A stretch of DNA of 64,000 bases, taken from positions 1-64,000 of the IMG/VR virus record IMGVR_UViG_3300034175_000017, one strand, 5' to 3'. Source of the DNA: a virus. The translations under genes were made by a program, and so were the position numbers. Shown one piece after another: positions 27,525 to 37,281 of the stretch. The notes under the pieces are model-generated. The model was not told the DNA's origin and searched no databases. It was given only the letters and a program-made list of their open reading frames with translations. The number at the start of each line of letters is the position of its first letter. The stretch's first letter is position 1.

Positions 27525-27724
27525 TATTCTTTCTCCGATACGACCATTCGCTTGACGAACTTGGCAATGGCCTCGTTCAGCGAAATGTTCTGCTTCATGC
27601 CGAGTGTGAGAAGCTCATTGACCTTTGCGTTCAAGTTGGTATTGTCGGCGCGTGCAAGGTCACTCATCTCGCTGTATCTCGCAAGCGGCACCCTGATTGT
27701 GAAACTACGGTGTGATTCAGCCAT
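27524..27724 (-). CDS. Ribbon-helix-helix (Arc-like) DNA-binding protein
   Basis: SFTIRVPLARYSEMSDLARADNTNLNAKVNELL. Confidence 0.8.
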   Translation of the reverse strand: MAESHRSFTIRVPLARYSEMSDLARADNTNLNAKVNELLTLGMKQNISLNEAIAKFVKRMVVSEKE

Positions 27725-27735
27725 TATATCTTCCA

Positions 27736-27770
27736 GCGGTTATCTGTGGTTGTCTTCGTCTCTATTGAGT
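27736..27770 (+). promoter_or_regulatory. Tandem GYGGTTR sites and putative late promoter between the RHH gene and major tail gene
   Basis: GCGGTTA(27736) and GTGGTTG(27746), then 12 nt, then TTGAGT(27765). Confidence 0.5.
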
Positions 27771-27833
27771 AAAACTCGAAAGAAGGCAAGGGACAATTAC
27801 CAAACACCCGCGAGTTTCAAATAGGAGCCACAC

Positions 27834-28682
27834 ATGGCCGACGTTCAGAAGTCTGCATTTTCTCTCTCCTCGGCCACGATCATGCTTGGCCGTGCATTTC
27901 AAGACGATGTTTTTGGTTTGAAGCCTGCCACCGATTCTGTCGGTATGGTCTCGGAAGTCAGCATCGGCATCGACAGTTCTATTACGGAACTGTTGAACGG
28001 CGTGCAGCAAGTTGCTGTTGACGCCAAGCGCACAGGCGTTTCGGCGTCGATCACTGGCAACGTGTTCGAGTTTACTGCTCAGAACTTTATGCGTTCGCAG
28101 GCAATGTCGGGCACGGCCACTCAGGTCAAGCGCGGCGTTCTGTCTGCTGACGTTGCTGGCGGTGCGGTTTCACTCTCGGTTACGTCTGACCCAATTCCGG
28201 GTGAAGCTGCCTCGGCCATCACGGCGATCAGCGACATTCCATCGGGTTCGACTATCCTGATCCAGCGCACTGGTGGTGAGACCGACTATGTGTTCCCGAC
28301 CAAGACTTCGGCTGCTGCCACCGGCACTGGTCCGTATGTTCTGCCGATTGCTGCTCCGTATGCAATCCCTACCGGCACCACCTTCAAGGCCGGTGATCGC
28401 GTGTGGGTTGTTTCGCCTGTTGGTGTTGGCGATATGGATGCGGACGCACTCTTCTGTGCGAAGATTGTCGGCACCCTGTCGGGCTACGACCGTCCTGTGA
28501 TGTATATCGCACCGAAGGTTCGCATGGTTCGCGGTTTCCAAGTCTCGTTCAACGAGACGGCATACAGTTCTATGCCTTGGGAAATGCGTCCTCTGAACCT
28601 GTCGGCTGGTGAAGTGTCCTCGTCTGCCCGTCTTGGCGACATCGGCACCCGCCGCACCGGACTGCTCTACGTCGGCGGTTAA
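27834..28682 (+). CDS. Major tail (tube) protein
   Basis: 282 aa, beta-rich, AGGAG SD, high-expression codons, followed by a terminator. Confidence 0.8.
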   Translation: MADVQKSAFSLSSATIMLGRAFQDDVFGLKPATDSVGMVSEVSIGIDSSITELLNGVQQVAVDAKRTGVSASITGNVFEFTAQNFMRSQAMSGTATQVKRGVLSADVAGGAVSLSVTSDPIPGEAASAITAISDIPSGSTILIQRTGGETDYVFPTKTSAAATGTGPYVLPIAAPYAIPTGTTFKAGDRVWVVSPVGVGDMDADALFCAKIVGTLSGYDRPVMYIAPKVRMVRGFQVSFNETAYSSMPWEMRPLNLSAGEVSSSARLGDIGTRRTGLLYVGG

Positions 28683-28706
28683 TCTGTTACCCATTGACTG
28701 AACTTG

Positions 28707-28742
28707 AGGGGCGTTGCATTAGTGCAGCGCCCCTTTTGTTTG
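28707..28742 (+). terminator. Intrinsic terminator after the tail tube gene
   Basis: AGGGGCGTTGCA-TTAG-TGCAGCGCCCCT followed by TTTGTTT. Confidence 0.85.
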
Positions 28743-28750
28743 GACCGTAG

Positions 28751-29245
28751 ATGCACACCATTCCTGTTGAACACGTCAAGGACTCGCATCAGCTAATCGC
28801 TGAGGGGCGAGTAGACTTGTTCACCCTCACTCCTTCTGGCGGATCGGGCAACGTCAACTTCAAAGCCGACAACGATGTAACCTATCGCGGCATCGTTTAC
28901 ACTGGCCTGCCAATGACCTTGAGTGGTGAGAAGCGCACGGCAGAGACCGGCCTCAATATGCCCAAGCTCACTATCGGTCAGACCGACATTGACTTGTCGC
29001 TGTTCAAGCCAATGATCTATGACGGCTACCTCGACAACGCTGTGATCGTAAAATCCACGGTGCTGACCAACAACCTCATCAACAACGCGAACATCCGTGA
29101 GCTTCGCACCTACCGCGTCAAGCGCGTTGAGCAGTATTCCCGCACGCAGATCATCATGCAGCTTGCCACGCTGTCGGACAGCCTCGGCTTCATGATGCCC
29201 TATCGACAGTATCTCCCACCCGCATTCCCCACGGTGAAGCTGTGA
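28751..29245 (+). CDS. Minor tail protein L-like
   Basis: VDLFTL...YRGIVY..LP...PKLTI...QLAT...MPYRQ. Confidence 0.7.
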   Translation: MHTIPVEHVKDSHQLIAEGRVDLFTLTPSGGSGNVNFKADNDVTYRGIVYTGLPMTLSGEKRTAETGLNMPKLTIGQTDIDLSLFKPMIYDGYLDNAVIVKSTVLTNNLINNANIRELRTYRVKRVEQYSRTQIIMQLATLSDSLGFMMPYRQYLPPAFPTVKL

Positions 29246-29724
29246 CCCTAGAAGACCTCAAGTATGAGCACCTCCAAGCCATTCCTTTCACTGAGATTGG
29301 TGATCGCGATTGCTACGAATTGTGCCGTGACTTCTTCCGCGAGAACTTCAAGATCGAGCTAACGCCCTATGTGCGTCCGCACGATTGGGAGTCCGACAGC
29401 CTCGACCTGATCCGCATGTTCCACGACAACGAGGGCTTCGACAGCATCACCGATTGGCGTCCCAAGGACCTTCGCCCCGGCGACGTGCTGGCAATGTCTA
29501 TCAACGAAAGCAACCCGAACCACCTTGCAATCTATGTGGGGGATGACAAAATCCTTCATCACCTGTATGGGCGCATGTCGCGCATTGAACCGCTGCACGG
29601 CTTCTGGCGTAACCACACGTCATTTATCCTTCGACACAAGGACGTTCCTGATCTAAGGCCCGTCTATCCCGATGTAGATTATATGGAATTGCTCCGTGCT
29701 AGAAACACTCCTCCAGCCGAATGA
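29242..29724 (+). CDS. NlpC/P60 tail-tip protein (lambda K C-terminal domain)
   Basis: DCYELCRDFF...PGDV...NHLAIYVGDDKILHH. Confidence 0.9.
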   Translation: MTLEDLKYEHLQAIPFTEIGDRDCYELCRDFFRENFKIELTPYVRPHDWESDSLDLIRMFHDNEGFDSITDWRPKDLRPGDVLAMSINESNPNHLAIYVGDDKILHHLYGRMSRIEPLHGFWRNHTSFILRHKDVPDLRPVYPDVDYMELLRARNTPPAE

Positions 29725-30028
29725 TCCTATCGAACGGTGCGGTCTCGTCCTAAAGGATGGGTCCTACGTTGAGATAGAAAACATCGCAGATGACCCAGTA
29801 ATAAGCTACGAGATGAGTCCCATTGAGGTGCTCCCTTACTTGACAGGGGATAGCATCATCGGCACATGGCACACTCATCCCTTCTCCCCGCCGCGTCTCA
29901 GCGGTGAGGACTATGTTGGGTTCATGGGCTGGCCGCACCTCACTCATCACGTCATTGGCGTGGAGAATGGTGAGGTCAAGGTGAAGTCCTACTACATCAA
30001 GAATGGAGCTATTCTCGAATGCGATTAA
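29696..30028 (+). CDS. JAB/MPN metalloprotease (lambda K N-terminal domain)
   Basis: ERCGLV...WHTHP....LSGED JAMM motif. Confidence 0.88.
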   Translation: MLETLLQPNDPIERCGLVLKDGSYVEIENIADDPVISYEMSPIEVLPYLTGDSIIGTWHTHPFSPPRLSGEDYVGFMGWPHLTHHVIGVENGEVKVKSYYIKNGAILECD

Positions 30029-30567
30029 TCTTCCACGGCATTCTCAGGGACCTATTCGGTCCAGAGGCACGGATGGAAGCATCGTCTATCAAAGAGGCGG
30101 TGGAAGGATTCTCACGTCAGGTAGATTGGCCCAAGGACCTTCGGGTTGATATTGTCGGCTACCGTGACGAACATAAGCTTCTCACCGAACGTCCAGATGA
30201 AATCAACATCATGCCCTCGCTGCATGGCGGCGGCGGCAAGTTCGGTCAGATTATCATGGGTGCCGTAGTCGTGGCTATCGGTGCTGTTGTCTTCTTCACT
30301 CTCAGCCCCACAGTCGGCATTTCGCTGATGATTTCGGGCGGCATGATGATGGCACAAGGCGTGGTGGGCTTGTTCTTCAAGTCCCCTAAGATGGATAAGT
30401 CCGTCGATCCCGAAGACTCAAAATATCTCGGCATCAACCGAAATACTACGGCGGCACGAACGCCGATCACAATGGCGTGGGGTCGTGTCAATCTTTACCC
30501 CCACTGGCTAAGCTTGCAGTCCGACAGCAATCAACTGTCGCATGGAGCTTTCCCTGTTACTCCTTAA
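30019..30567 (+). CDS. Tail assembly protein I
   Basis: Ubiquitin-like N-terminus ending LHGGG, TM-like segment, NT...PI..WG. Confidence 0.85.
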   Translation: MRLIFHGILRDLFGPEARMEASSIKEAVEGFSRQVDWPKDLRVDIVGYRDEHKLLTERPDEINIMPSLHGGGGKFGQIIMGAVVVAIGAVVFFTLSPTVGISLMISGGMMMAQGVVGLFFKSPKMDKSVDPEDSKYLGINRNTTAARTPITMAWGRVNLYPHWLSLQSDSNQLSHGAFPVTP

Positions 30568-30579
30568 AGGATCATATAT

Positions 30580-31857
30580 ATGCGAAGCGGAACTACAGAC
30601 AGTCTTGAGGAACTGAAGGCATGGGCAACACCCGCTCAAAGCCGCATCATCGACGCTATCCAAAGCGCGAACGGAAACAGGCGGGAAGCAGCGCGGGCGT
30701 TGGGTCTCCATCACAGCGTCGTCCAGCGGGCTATCAAACGCGTGAAGAAGAACGCAGCAGCGCACGGCTTCTCACCGGAGCATGGCTTGGAGCGGGTGAT
30801 CCCGGCACCGTTCGTAGCGCGTGGCCACTCGACAATGGACAAGGTGGACCCGGAGACGGGCGAGCGTCGAATGATGTTGCAGTGGACGAAGACTCGTCTG
30901 GACGACACACAGTGGGTTGAGAAGGTCGAGCAGGGCATCGCTGCCTTTGTCGAAGGCATCGAACACAACATCGTCATCCCTGACGCGCCACTTGACGCCG
31001 ACGATGACATCATTCCTTGGATTCAGATCGGTGACGCTCACTTGGGTATGCTCGCTCATGAAGCCGAGACCGGCGCGAACTTCGACCTCAAGATCGCAGA
31101 GCGTGAACTGCTCACCGCCATTGCGATGCTGATTGCTGAAATGAAGCCTGTAAAGCGCATGGTCATCAACGACCTTGGCGACTTCACCCACTACGAGAAC
31201 ATGAAGGGCGAGACGGAGCACAGCGGTAACAAGCTGGACTACGATGGCCGCTTCCCCAAGATGATCGACGTTTACTCCCGCGTTATGCGGACCATCGTGG
31301 ACCTTGCGCTCACGAAGGCCGAGACAGTGGACATCATCATCAATCAGGGCAATCACTCCCGCACGAATGACATTTGGATGGCTGTCCTTCTGCGCGAGGT
31401 CTATGGTGCTTCTGGCCGCGTCAACGTGCTCAACAACCATTCGCCCTTCATCGGCTACCGAATGGGCAACACGTTCGTAATGACCCACCACAGCGACAAG
31501 ACTCGCCCCAACAAGCTGGCACAGGTGATGACCAGTGACTTCCGTCGTGACTTCGGTGAGACCGAGTTTCACTACATCGACATTGGTCACATCCACCACC
31601 ACATGCGCTCTGTCGAGCATCCCGAAGTTATCATTGAGAGCTTCGGCATCCTAGCGTCCAAGGACGCCTACGCACACGACAACGGCTATCGCTCACGTCA
31701 GTCGATCACGGTCATCAATCGCAGCCGCAAGTATGGTGAGATTGGTCGTCGCCTTCTGCCGATCCAGCAGGTTCGTGATCGTATTCGTGCGATTGCAGAA
31801 GCCAGCGGCAAGGCAGTTCCTTACATGCCACAGCCGATTAAGTCCTTCACCGTATAG
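30580..31857 (+). CDS. HTH + calcineurin-like metallophosphoesterase
   Basis: GNRREAARALGLHHSVV HTH; GDAHLG, DLGDFTH, GNH, HHSD, GHIHH. Confidence 0.85.
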   Translation: MRSGTTDSLEELKAWATPAQSRIIDAIQSANGNRREAARALGLHHSVVQRAIKRVKKNAAAHGFSPEHGLERVIPAPFVARGHSTMDKVDPETGERRMMLQWTKTRLDDTQWVEKVEQGIAAFVEGIEHNIVIPDAPLDADDDIIPWIQIGDAHLGMLAHEAETGANFDLKIAERELLTAIAMLIAEMKPVKRMVINDLGDFTHYENMKGETEHSGNKLDYDGRFPKMIDVYSRVMRTIVDLALTKAETVDIIINQGNHSRTNDIWMAVLLREVYGASGRVNVLNNHSPFIGYRMGNTFVMTHHSDKTRPNKLAQVMTSDFRRDFGETEFHYIDIGHIHHHMRSVEHPEVIIESFGILASKDAYAHDNGYRSRQSITVINRSRKYGEIGRRLLPIQQVRDRIRAIAEASGKAVPYMPQPIKSFTV

Positions 31858-31881
31858 CGGTTGCCCACTGACCCCTTGATT
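31857..31881 (+). promoter_or_regulatory. Putative late promoter for the tape measure operon
   Basis: GCGGTTG-N12-TTGATT. Confidence 0.5.
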
Positions 31882-31911
31882 TCGCCATGCTTTATCTGAA
31901 AAGGATAGGGC

Positions 31912-34900
31912 ATGGCGAAACCATATGAACAAGATGTCGTTTTAGACGCTGACGGCAAGCCGCTCTTTTCGGCTATGGATATTTTTCAACGTCGCGTTGA
32001 TGCTATCCAGAAGACAATCACCAACATTCAGAAGGACAGCTACAAGACCGTAGCTGACCTCAACAAGACCCTCGACGCCAACGTCAAGTCATTGCGCGAT
32101 GCGATGAATGGTCTGCGTGCAGTCAGCACGCCCAAGGCTACCCGAGACCGAGACTATACTGCTGCCCTCAAGGCCGAAGCCAATGCGGTCAAGGACACTG
32201 ATCGTGTTGTTAAGGGTGCCCTTCGGGAGCAGGCCGAGCTTCGCAAGAAGGGCTATGACGAAGCCCGCGCCTTTACGCTAAAGGAAGCCAAGGATCGTCA
32301 AGCGGCCAGCCGTGAGACTACTCAGCGTATTGCTGCTGACGAGCGTGAGGGTGCCCGCATCGTTGCAGAAAATAATCGTCGCCGGGTGCAGCAGGAGATT
32401 GAAACTCAGAAGCTCATCCGTGCTTCGCGTATCAGCGCAGCGCGTGACGAAGCTGTTGCAAACGCCAAGAGCATTCAGGATTCCAATGCTCTGACGCGTG
32501 CGCGTGTTGACAACATGAACAAGATGCAGATATTTCGTCAGGCGCAGAAGACCGAGACGAACCCCGAGCAGCTTCGCGCACTGGCACAGCTTATTGCGAT
32601 GGAGAAGGCGCGTGGCCAAGCTCTTGAGCAGAACATGCGGACCTTTGAAGCGGCTAATCGTCGCATGTCCGGTCTCGACAACAAGACACAGAAGGCCCTT
32701 GCGCCTGCTGCCGCGCAGCGTGACGTGCAGATTTACGGTATATCCAACGCACGCAGCCGTGCTGTTGACGCGCAGACCCTAGCCACGCAGAACTTGCTGA
32801 ACGCCGCTTCCGAGCGTGAGCGTGTTACTGCCCTGCAAAGTCTCGACCTTGCGCGTGCCAAGCTCGCTGCCATTGAGCGTATGGTCGCCAAGGAGAACCA
32901 ACTGGCTGCTGCCGCCGAGCGCGTGAAGAAGGCCGACGAGCGGGCTGCTGCTGGCGATGCAAACCTTAGCGGTCGCAGTCAGAAGATGCTGGCCAATCGC
33001 TATGCGACGGATGCCATTGCTTCGCTTGGTCCGCAGCAGGCTTTGAATGCTGCCTTGGGTCGTCAGCTTATTGCACAGAACGCTCTCAAGGGTGCCGTTG
33101 GTCAGCAGCAAGTCGCTGCTCAACGCCTGCTTGGTATTGAGGACGCTCGCGTTGCTGCTATTGAGCGTCAGATTGCCGCAGCCAGCCGTCGTGCGGCTCA
33201 AGATGCACGCGAAGCTGCGCGAGGTGCGCCCGGTCCTGAGAAAGAGAACCCGCTTAAGCGCATCCTGTCACCCGGCTACGCTGTCTCAGCTATCGCACGC
33301 ACCGGAGTTTACGGAGCGGCTGCTGGTGCGGCTTACGGCGCGTTCAACGCGGCACAATCCGGTCTGTCGAACACCATCGAAATCGAAGACGAGATGGTCA
33401 AGCTACAGGCCATTGCCAATGCGACCGATACGCAGATGCAAACGCTGCGTGGGTCGATCTTCGCTATCGGTGAAACGTCGCGGTTCGCCACGACTGATCT
33501 TATCAAGATTTCACAGACCCTCGCACAGGCTGGTGTCGCCGCTGGTGACATGCAGAAGGTGCTGGCATCTGTCACCACGCTCGCTACCGCATCAGGTTCC
33601 ACGCCTGAGGAAGCTGTGCAGCTTGTCACGTCGGCCCTTGGATCGTTCCAGTTGTCGGCCAGCGAGAGCAGCCGCGTTGCTGACCTGATGACTGAAGCTC
33701 TGAACCGCACCAAGTTGACGGTGCAGCAGGTTGGTCAGGCCATCCAGTATGTCGGTGCCACCGCATACGAGCAGAACATCAGCCTTGAGCAGTTGCTTGC
33801 CACTGTTGGTTCCGTCGCACAGGCTGGTATCAAGAGCGGTTCCACCATCGGCACCGGCTTCCGTCAGTTCCTTGTGGACTTGCAGGACCCAAGCAAGAAG
33901 CTCACCGAGCAGCTTACGCTTCTCAAGCTAACCTCGGCTGACATTGACGTGAGCGTGCGTGGCTTGCCTGCTGTGCTCGACACGCTGCGTAACGCTGGCT
34001 TCGGTGCCTCACAGGCTTACGCTGGTCTTGAGACCCGCGCTGCTGCGTTCTACCTGACCGCGAAGAACAACGTGGACGTGGCTGACCAGTTGCAGTTGTC
34101 GTTCTCGTATTCGACGGCTGCGTTGGTAGCTAACGAGCGTGCGATGAACTCGGTCACGGCTCAGTGGCAGCGGTTCAAGAACATCGTCGGCCAGCAGTTT
34201 ACAGAAGATATGCAGGGCGTCGTCAGTCAGATGGAGAATACTCTCCGTTGGATCAGCGATAAGCTTGTGCAGTCCGAGAAGTTGTTAGACGAGCGTCAGG
34301 GTCGTCGTGACAAGGGTCAGGAGAAGTTCTATGAAATGGACATCACTGGCGGCTACAGCAACACCGAAGGTTTGGCTGGTGGTCTCAATAGCCTGATCTC
34401 TCTCGTCTCTACGAACGATAGTGTTGCTCAGTGGTTCGTTGATATTCAGAAGAGCAGCGACGGAGCTAGTGCTGCTTCGGAGCGTCTCGGCACGCAGATC
34501 AACGAGACCAGCGGTAAGATTGATGAGCACAAGCAGCGGGTTACTGAACTCGACAAGGAGCTTATTCGTCTCATCACGCAGAAGGATACTCTGCGGAACA
34601 ACGACACACGCTCTGCTGCGGAGACTGCTACTCTTACGTCGCGCTTCGTTGGTCTTGCCAATCAGTTGACCGTAACGGGCAATCGTTACGATGATCTTGT
34701 GCAGGCTGCTCGTCGGTATCGGCTTGAGCAGTTGCGCCTTATGGGTGTCGAGCTTCAGGTCCAGCAGCTACAGCTTGGCCAGCAGTCACGTGAGTCCCGC
34801 AGCAACTTGCGGACTAATCTTTATCAGATCAACAACAACGCCGAAGTCATGGCGGCTCTCAACCCGCAAGAGCGCGGCGCGGTAAAGGGTCTGTATAATA

Positions 34901-37281
34901 GCGAAGTTGGTAGTCAGGCGTTCACGGCTAACTTGGGTATTCTTTCGGCTGCTGTTGAGCGTCTTGGAAAGACCAATCAATCTGTTGCCAATGTGTTGTC
35001 GCGTGGTCTCAATCCTGCCGGAACCTACGCACAATCTACCGCGCAGCTTGGTGCTATTGCTCCTGCTCTTGGTGCGGCTCGCGCTGGTCAGACCGGAGCA
35101 GGTGCTCAACTGAACACCGGCTATACAAATATCTCGGCCATCATTGAGCAGCTTGGTTCGCAAACCAACGGTTCGCCTGAGAAGCGTAGGCTCACTGGAC
35201 AGGGCAACGCCATTCTCAACGAGATGGACACCCTCATCAATCGTAGGCTTGCCCAAAATCCTAACGCTGGTGAGAACCGCACCTACCTGCTTGGGATGCA
35301 GCAGGAAGTTACCAGCTTTCGCACGCAGCTTCGTGCTCTTAATTCCGCTACGGCAGAGGAAGTGGCGACCGGCAAGAAGCTCGCACGCGAGCGCACGCAG
35401 CAGGAGCGTAGGGCGGGTGCCGAAGCACGTCGCGCTGATAGCGAAGCTGCTAAGGGGCCAGCGATCACACAGGCACAGTTTGACGAAGTGCTTGCTCGCG
35501 TCACTGGTATGCCGCTTGGTAGCGGACAGCGCACTGCCGCCGAGCAGAATGACTTGCATCGCCGGGGCAAGACCCGCGCTACTGCTGATACATCCTCTCA
35601 CTCCAAGCCGGGTGGTATCGCCCGCGACGTGAGGACCGGAGCGATCAGCGATGCTCGCGGTGAGCAGCTTGAGGAAGCTGTTCGTGCCGAGTTTAAGCGT
35701 GCCTACGGCATCGACGTTTATGTGAAGTATGAGAATGGGCGAGGCAAGAACAACGGCACCGCTCCGCACCTTCATGGCAACACCCTGCCCGGTCAGAATC
35801 GCATCAAGCCGGGTAGCGAAAGCCGTGGTGCCAGCGAGCAGTTCCAGTATGACACGGCGATGGATCAGGCGCAGCTTGAGCTTGATCGCAAGGGGCTTGC
35901 CGAGTCCCTGAAGCAGATGGCCACGGCCACTACCAGCGAGACCTTTGACGCTGCTGCTGCAAGCGCACAGAAGGCGTTGGAGCGCGTCAATCAGAACCTC
36001 AAGGACATCGCTGGCAACGAACTGGCTTCGGCTGGTATCGCCAATACATCTGACCCTCGCTGGCAAGCGAAGATGGCTCAAGTCGATCAGGCTATCGCGC
36101 AGAACATTGAAGCCTATCAGCGGCAGATCACTGACGGCTTGCTCAAGAGTTTCAAGGCTACCGTGAAGCGTGTGCAGGAGTCCTTTGAGGCTTCGCTGAA
36201 GCCATCACAGAATACCCTCGCAATCGCACAGGCGAGCGCGTCAGGGCTGAACAACTATACGATGCGTAACCGTGTGCCAGAGCAGACGCGCATTCTTGCT
36301 GACGCCCGCGTAGCACAAGCCCAAGAGGGCGCGCAGCGTGCCGAGTTGCAGCAGCTTCCGGGTCGTATCGCTGGTGAGGAAGCTGCGCTTGCAGATTTGA
36401 AGTCGCGTGCTGAGAAAACTAGCGGCCTCGACCTCGACCGTATCAACGCACAGATCGAAGAGACCAACAACAACCTCGCCAACCTTCGCACAACGCGTGA
36501 GGCGCTGGCTGCTTCGCTTGGTGTTGAGGGCTTGCTGCCACAGACTTTAAGTCAGGGCGTCAGTCAGGCGATTGCTGCCTACAAAGAAATGAACAACATG
36601 AATCAAACGTTCACGCAGACGCTGAACGGTGAGATGTTGGGCGGCATCACGACTATCGGTGACGCTTTCCAGAATATGTTCAGCGGTATCATCAGCGGTT
36701 CGCAGAGTGTGCTTGGTGCTATTGGTGGATTTGCCAAGGCGATCATGAGCGCGATCACACAGATCGTGACGAAGATCATTGCGACCAAGATCATCAGCCT
36801 GATGTTCAGCATCTTCGGCGGTTCGCTTGGTGGTGATCCCTTCTCGGCAAGCAACGCTGGTCCGGTCAATATCGACTCCAGTTCTGTTGCTAGTCTTGTG
36901 CCGTCATTCGCTGGCTATCATGGTGGTCAAGTTCCCGGCTTTGCTGGCGGCGGTCAAGTAATGGGTGGCCACGATATGCGCGACAGCACGCTTGCTAAGC
37001 TGTCGAAGAAAGAGTTCGTCGTTCGTCGCGCAGCCGTCGAGAGCGTTGGCACAGATTTTATGCACAAGCTCAACAAGCGGGGTGCTGCTGCGCTTGACAG
37101 CACGAAGGACACGCCGCCTATTGCCGTAGCCGCGCAACAGTCGGTCAACGTCTGGATGGTCAAGCCTGACGAGAAGCCTTCGATGGGACCGCAGGACGTT
37201 CTTGTCACTTGGCAGAACGACGTGCTAAGCAATGGCGAGTCACGTCGCCTCATTCAGCATGTTGCTAGGGATTCTCGTTAA
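31912..37281 (+). CDS. Tape measure protein with embedded M15-like peptidase domain
   Basis: 1789 aa, Ala/Gln-rich helical; TP901-type core (LAQAG...ADLM..A.N.T...GT.FR); C-terminal FAGGG..LSKKEFVVR. Confidence 0.92.
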   Translation: MAKPYEQDVVLDADGKPLFSAMDIFQRRVDAIQKTITNIQKDSYKTVADLNKTLDANVKSLRDAMNGLRAVSTPKATRDRDYTAALKAEANAVKDTDRVVKGALREQAELRKKGYDEARAFTLKEAKDRQAASRETTQRIAADEREGARIVAENNRRRVQQEIETQKLIRASRISAARDEAVANAKSIQDSNALTRARVDNMNKMQIFRQAQKTETNPEQLRALAQLIAMEKARGQALEQNMRTFEAANRRMSGLDNKTQKALAPAAAQRDVQIYGISNARSRAVDAQTLATQNLLNAASERERVTALQSLDLARAKLAAIERMVAKENQLAAAAERVKKADERAAAGDANLSGRSQKMLANRYATDAIASLGPQQALNAALGRQLIAQNALKGAVGQQQVAAQRLLGIEDARVAAIERQIAAASRRAAQDAREAARGAPGPEKENPLKRILSPGYAVSAIARTGVYGAAAGAAYGAFNAAQSGLSNTIEIEDEMVKLQAIANATDTQMQTLRGSIFAIGETSRFATTDLIKISQTLAQAGVAAGDMQKVLASVTTLATASGSTPEEAVQLVTSALGSFQLSASESSRVADLMTEALNRTKLTVQQVGQAIQYVGATAYEQNISLEQLLATVGSVAQAGIKSGSTIGTGFRQFLVDLQDPSKKLTEQLTLLKLTSADIDVSVRGLPAVLDTLRNAGFGASQAYAGLETRAAAFYLTAKNNVDVADQLQLSFSYSTAALVANERAMNSVTAQWQRFKNIVGQQFTEDMQGVVSQMENTLRWISDKLVQSEKLLDERQGRRDKGQEKFYEMDITGGYSNTEGLAGGLNSLISLVSTNDSVAQWFVDIQKSSDGASAASERLGTQINETSGKIDEHKQRVTELDKELIRLITQKDTLRNNDTRSAAETATLTSRFVGLANQLTVTGNRYDDLVQAARRYRLEQLRLMGVELQVQQLQLGQQSRESRSNLRTNLYQINNNAEVMAALNPQERGAVKGLYNSEVGSQAFTANLGILSAAVERLGKTNQSVANVLSRGLNPAGTYAQSTAQLGAIAPALGAARAGQTGAGAQLNTGYTNISAIIEQLGSQTNGSPEKRRLTGQGNAILNEMDTLINRRLAQNPNAGENRTYLLGMQQEVTSFRTQLRALNSATAEEVATGKKLARERTQQERRAGAEARRADSEAAKGPAITQAQFDEVLARVTGMPLGSGQRTAAEQNDLHRRGKTRATADTSSHSKPGGIARDVRTGAISDARGEQLEEAVRAEFKRAYGIDVYVKYENGRGKNNGTAPHLHGNTLPGQNRIKPGSESRGASEQFQYDTAMDQAQLELDRKGLAESLKQMATATTSETFDAAAASAQKALERVNQNLKDIAGNELASAGIANTSDPRWQAKMAQVDQAIAQNIEAYQRQITDGLLKSFKATVKRVQESFEASLKPSQNTLAIAQASASGLNNYTMRNRVPEQTRILADARVAQAQEGAQRAELQQLPGRIAGEEAALADLKSRAEKTSGLDLDRINAQIEETNNNLANLRTTREALAASLGVEGLLPQTLSQGVSQAIAAYKEMNNMNQTFTQTLNGEMLGGITTIGDAFQNMFSGIISGSQSVLGAIGGFAKAIMSAITQIVTKIIATKIISLMFSIFGGSLGGDPFSASNAGPVNIDSSSVASLVPSFAGYHGGQVPGFAGGGQVMGGHDMRDSTLAKLSKKEFVVRRAAVESVGTDFMHKLNKRGAAALDSTKDTPPIAVAAQQSVNVWMVKPDEKPSMGPQDVLVTWQNDVLSNGESRRLIQHVARDSR

